DNA from: an uncultured Actinomycetota bacterium
GTDB lineage: Bacteria; Actinomycetota; Actinomycetes; Propionibacteriales; Nocardioidaceae
NCBI GenBank assembly: GCA_963802315.1
Contig: CAWDIF010000004.1
Coordinates: 1,445 to 65,444 of the forward strand
Reading direction: 5' to 3'
Length of the DNA: 64,000 nt
Each line of letters starts with the position of its first letter. Positions within the stretch are counted from its first letter, which is position 1. This document shows positions 63,651 to 64,000 of the stretch, in pieces. The notes below the pieces were generated by a model. The model worked only from the letters and a program-made list of their open reading frames with translations. It made no database searches and was not told the origin of the DNA. Made by a program: the position numbers and the translations under genes.

Positions 63651-64000
63651 GTGGCGACCAGGTCCAGATCCTGCTGGTGGCCGTGGTCTGCGCCGCGGGA
63701 GTGGGCGCGGTCGGACTGGGGACGGCGTGGTTGATCCGGCACCGCTCGATCCTGTGGCAGCTGACGCTCGTGGTGCTGGTCGCGATCGGTGCGGCGCTCG
63801 CCGGCATCGTCGCGATCTCGCGGCTCGATGTTCATCTCGCCCACGACCGCGAGGTCGTCACGATCGTGATGGTCGCCTCCGGCGTGGTGGCGGTGCTGGT
63901 GGCCCTGGCCGTCGGGGCGACCATCGCCCGGTGGTCGGCCGCGCTGCGCCGCGGATGCCCGGCTGCTCGACGCGCACGGCTCCTATGTCGCCGAGCACAG
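63647..64000 (+). CDS. Sensor histidine kinase, 5' part (truncated by the window end)
   Basis: GTGA overlap with the regulator; consecutive TM segments; MFISP motif; kinase core not visible. Confidence 0.6.
   Translation, partial: MSGDQVQILLVAVVCAAGVGAVGLGTAWLIRHRSILWQLTLVVLVAIGAALAGIVAISRLDVHLAHDREVVTIVMVASGVVAVLVALAVGATIARWSAALRRGCPAARRARLLCRRAQ

Overview
High-GC actinobacterial chromosome segment, most likely Nocardioidaceae (inferred from gene order and protein style). Core blocks are: (1) RDD, DUF4191, lipA, lipB, TIGR01777, sucB/dlaT, lpdA, pepA, gcvT, with tandem GlnR boxes at the left edge; (2) thyA, folA, dapA, rnj, ftsK, rodZ-like, rimO, pgsA, cinA, clgR, nei, lhr and DUF3046. Accessory material includes an ABC pair, a NarL-type two-component system, a degenerate sigma factor fused to a membrane sensor, and a secreted M12 protease. 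There are two DUF222-HNH genes, one behind a PafBC-type promoter and one behind a LexA box. A purine-catabolism operon carries a uricase-OHCU decarboxylase fusion and a CitE-like orphan enzyme. The most interesting region is 54.3-64 kb. It holds all five gene types of the mycobacterial methylthioxylose (MTX) glycan-capping pathway, next to a heme/molybdopterin MsrP-like membrane enzyme and an OmpR-type two-component system. I infer a possible recyclable thioether-sugar antioxidant system of the cell envelope; this is untested. Frameshifts in 0.5-2.2, 9.8-14.8 and 62.4-64 kb look like sequencing errors. I saw no rRNA, tRNA, CRISPR array or transposase. All family calls are by motif recognition; no database search was run.
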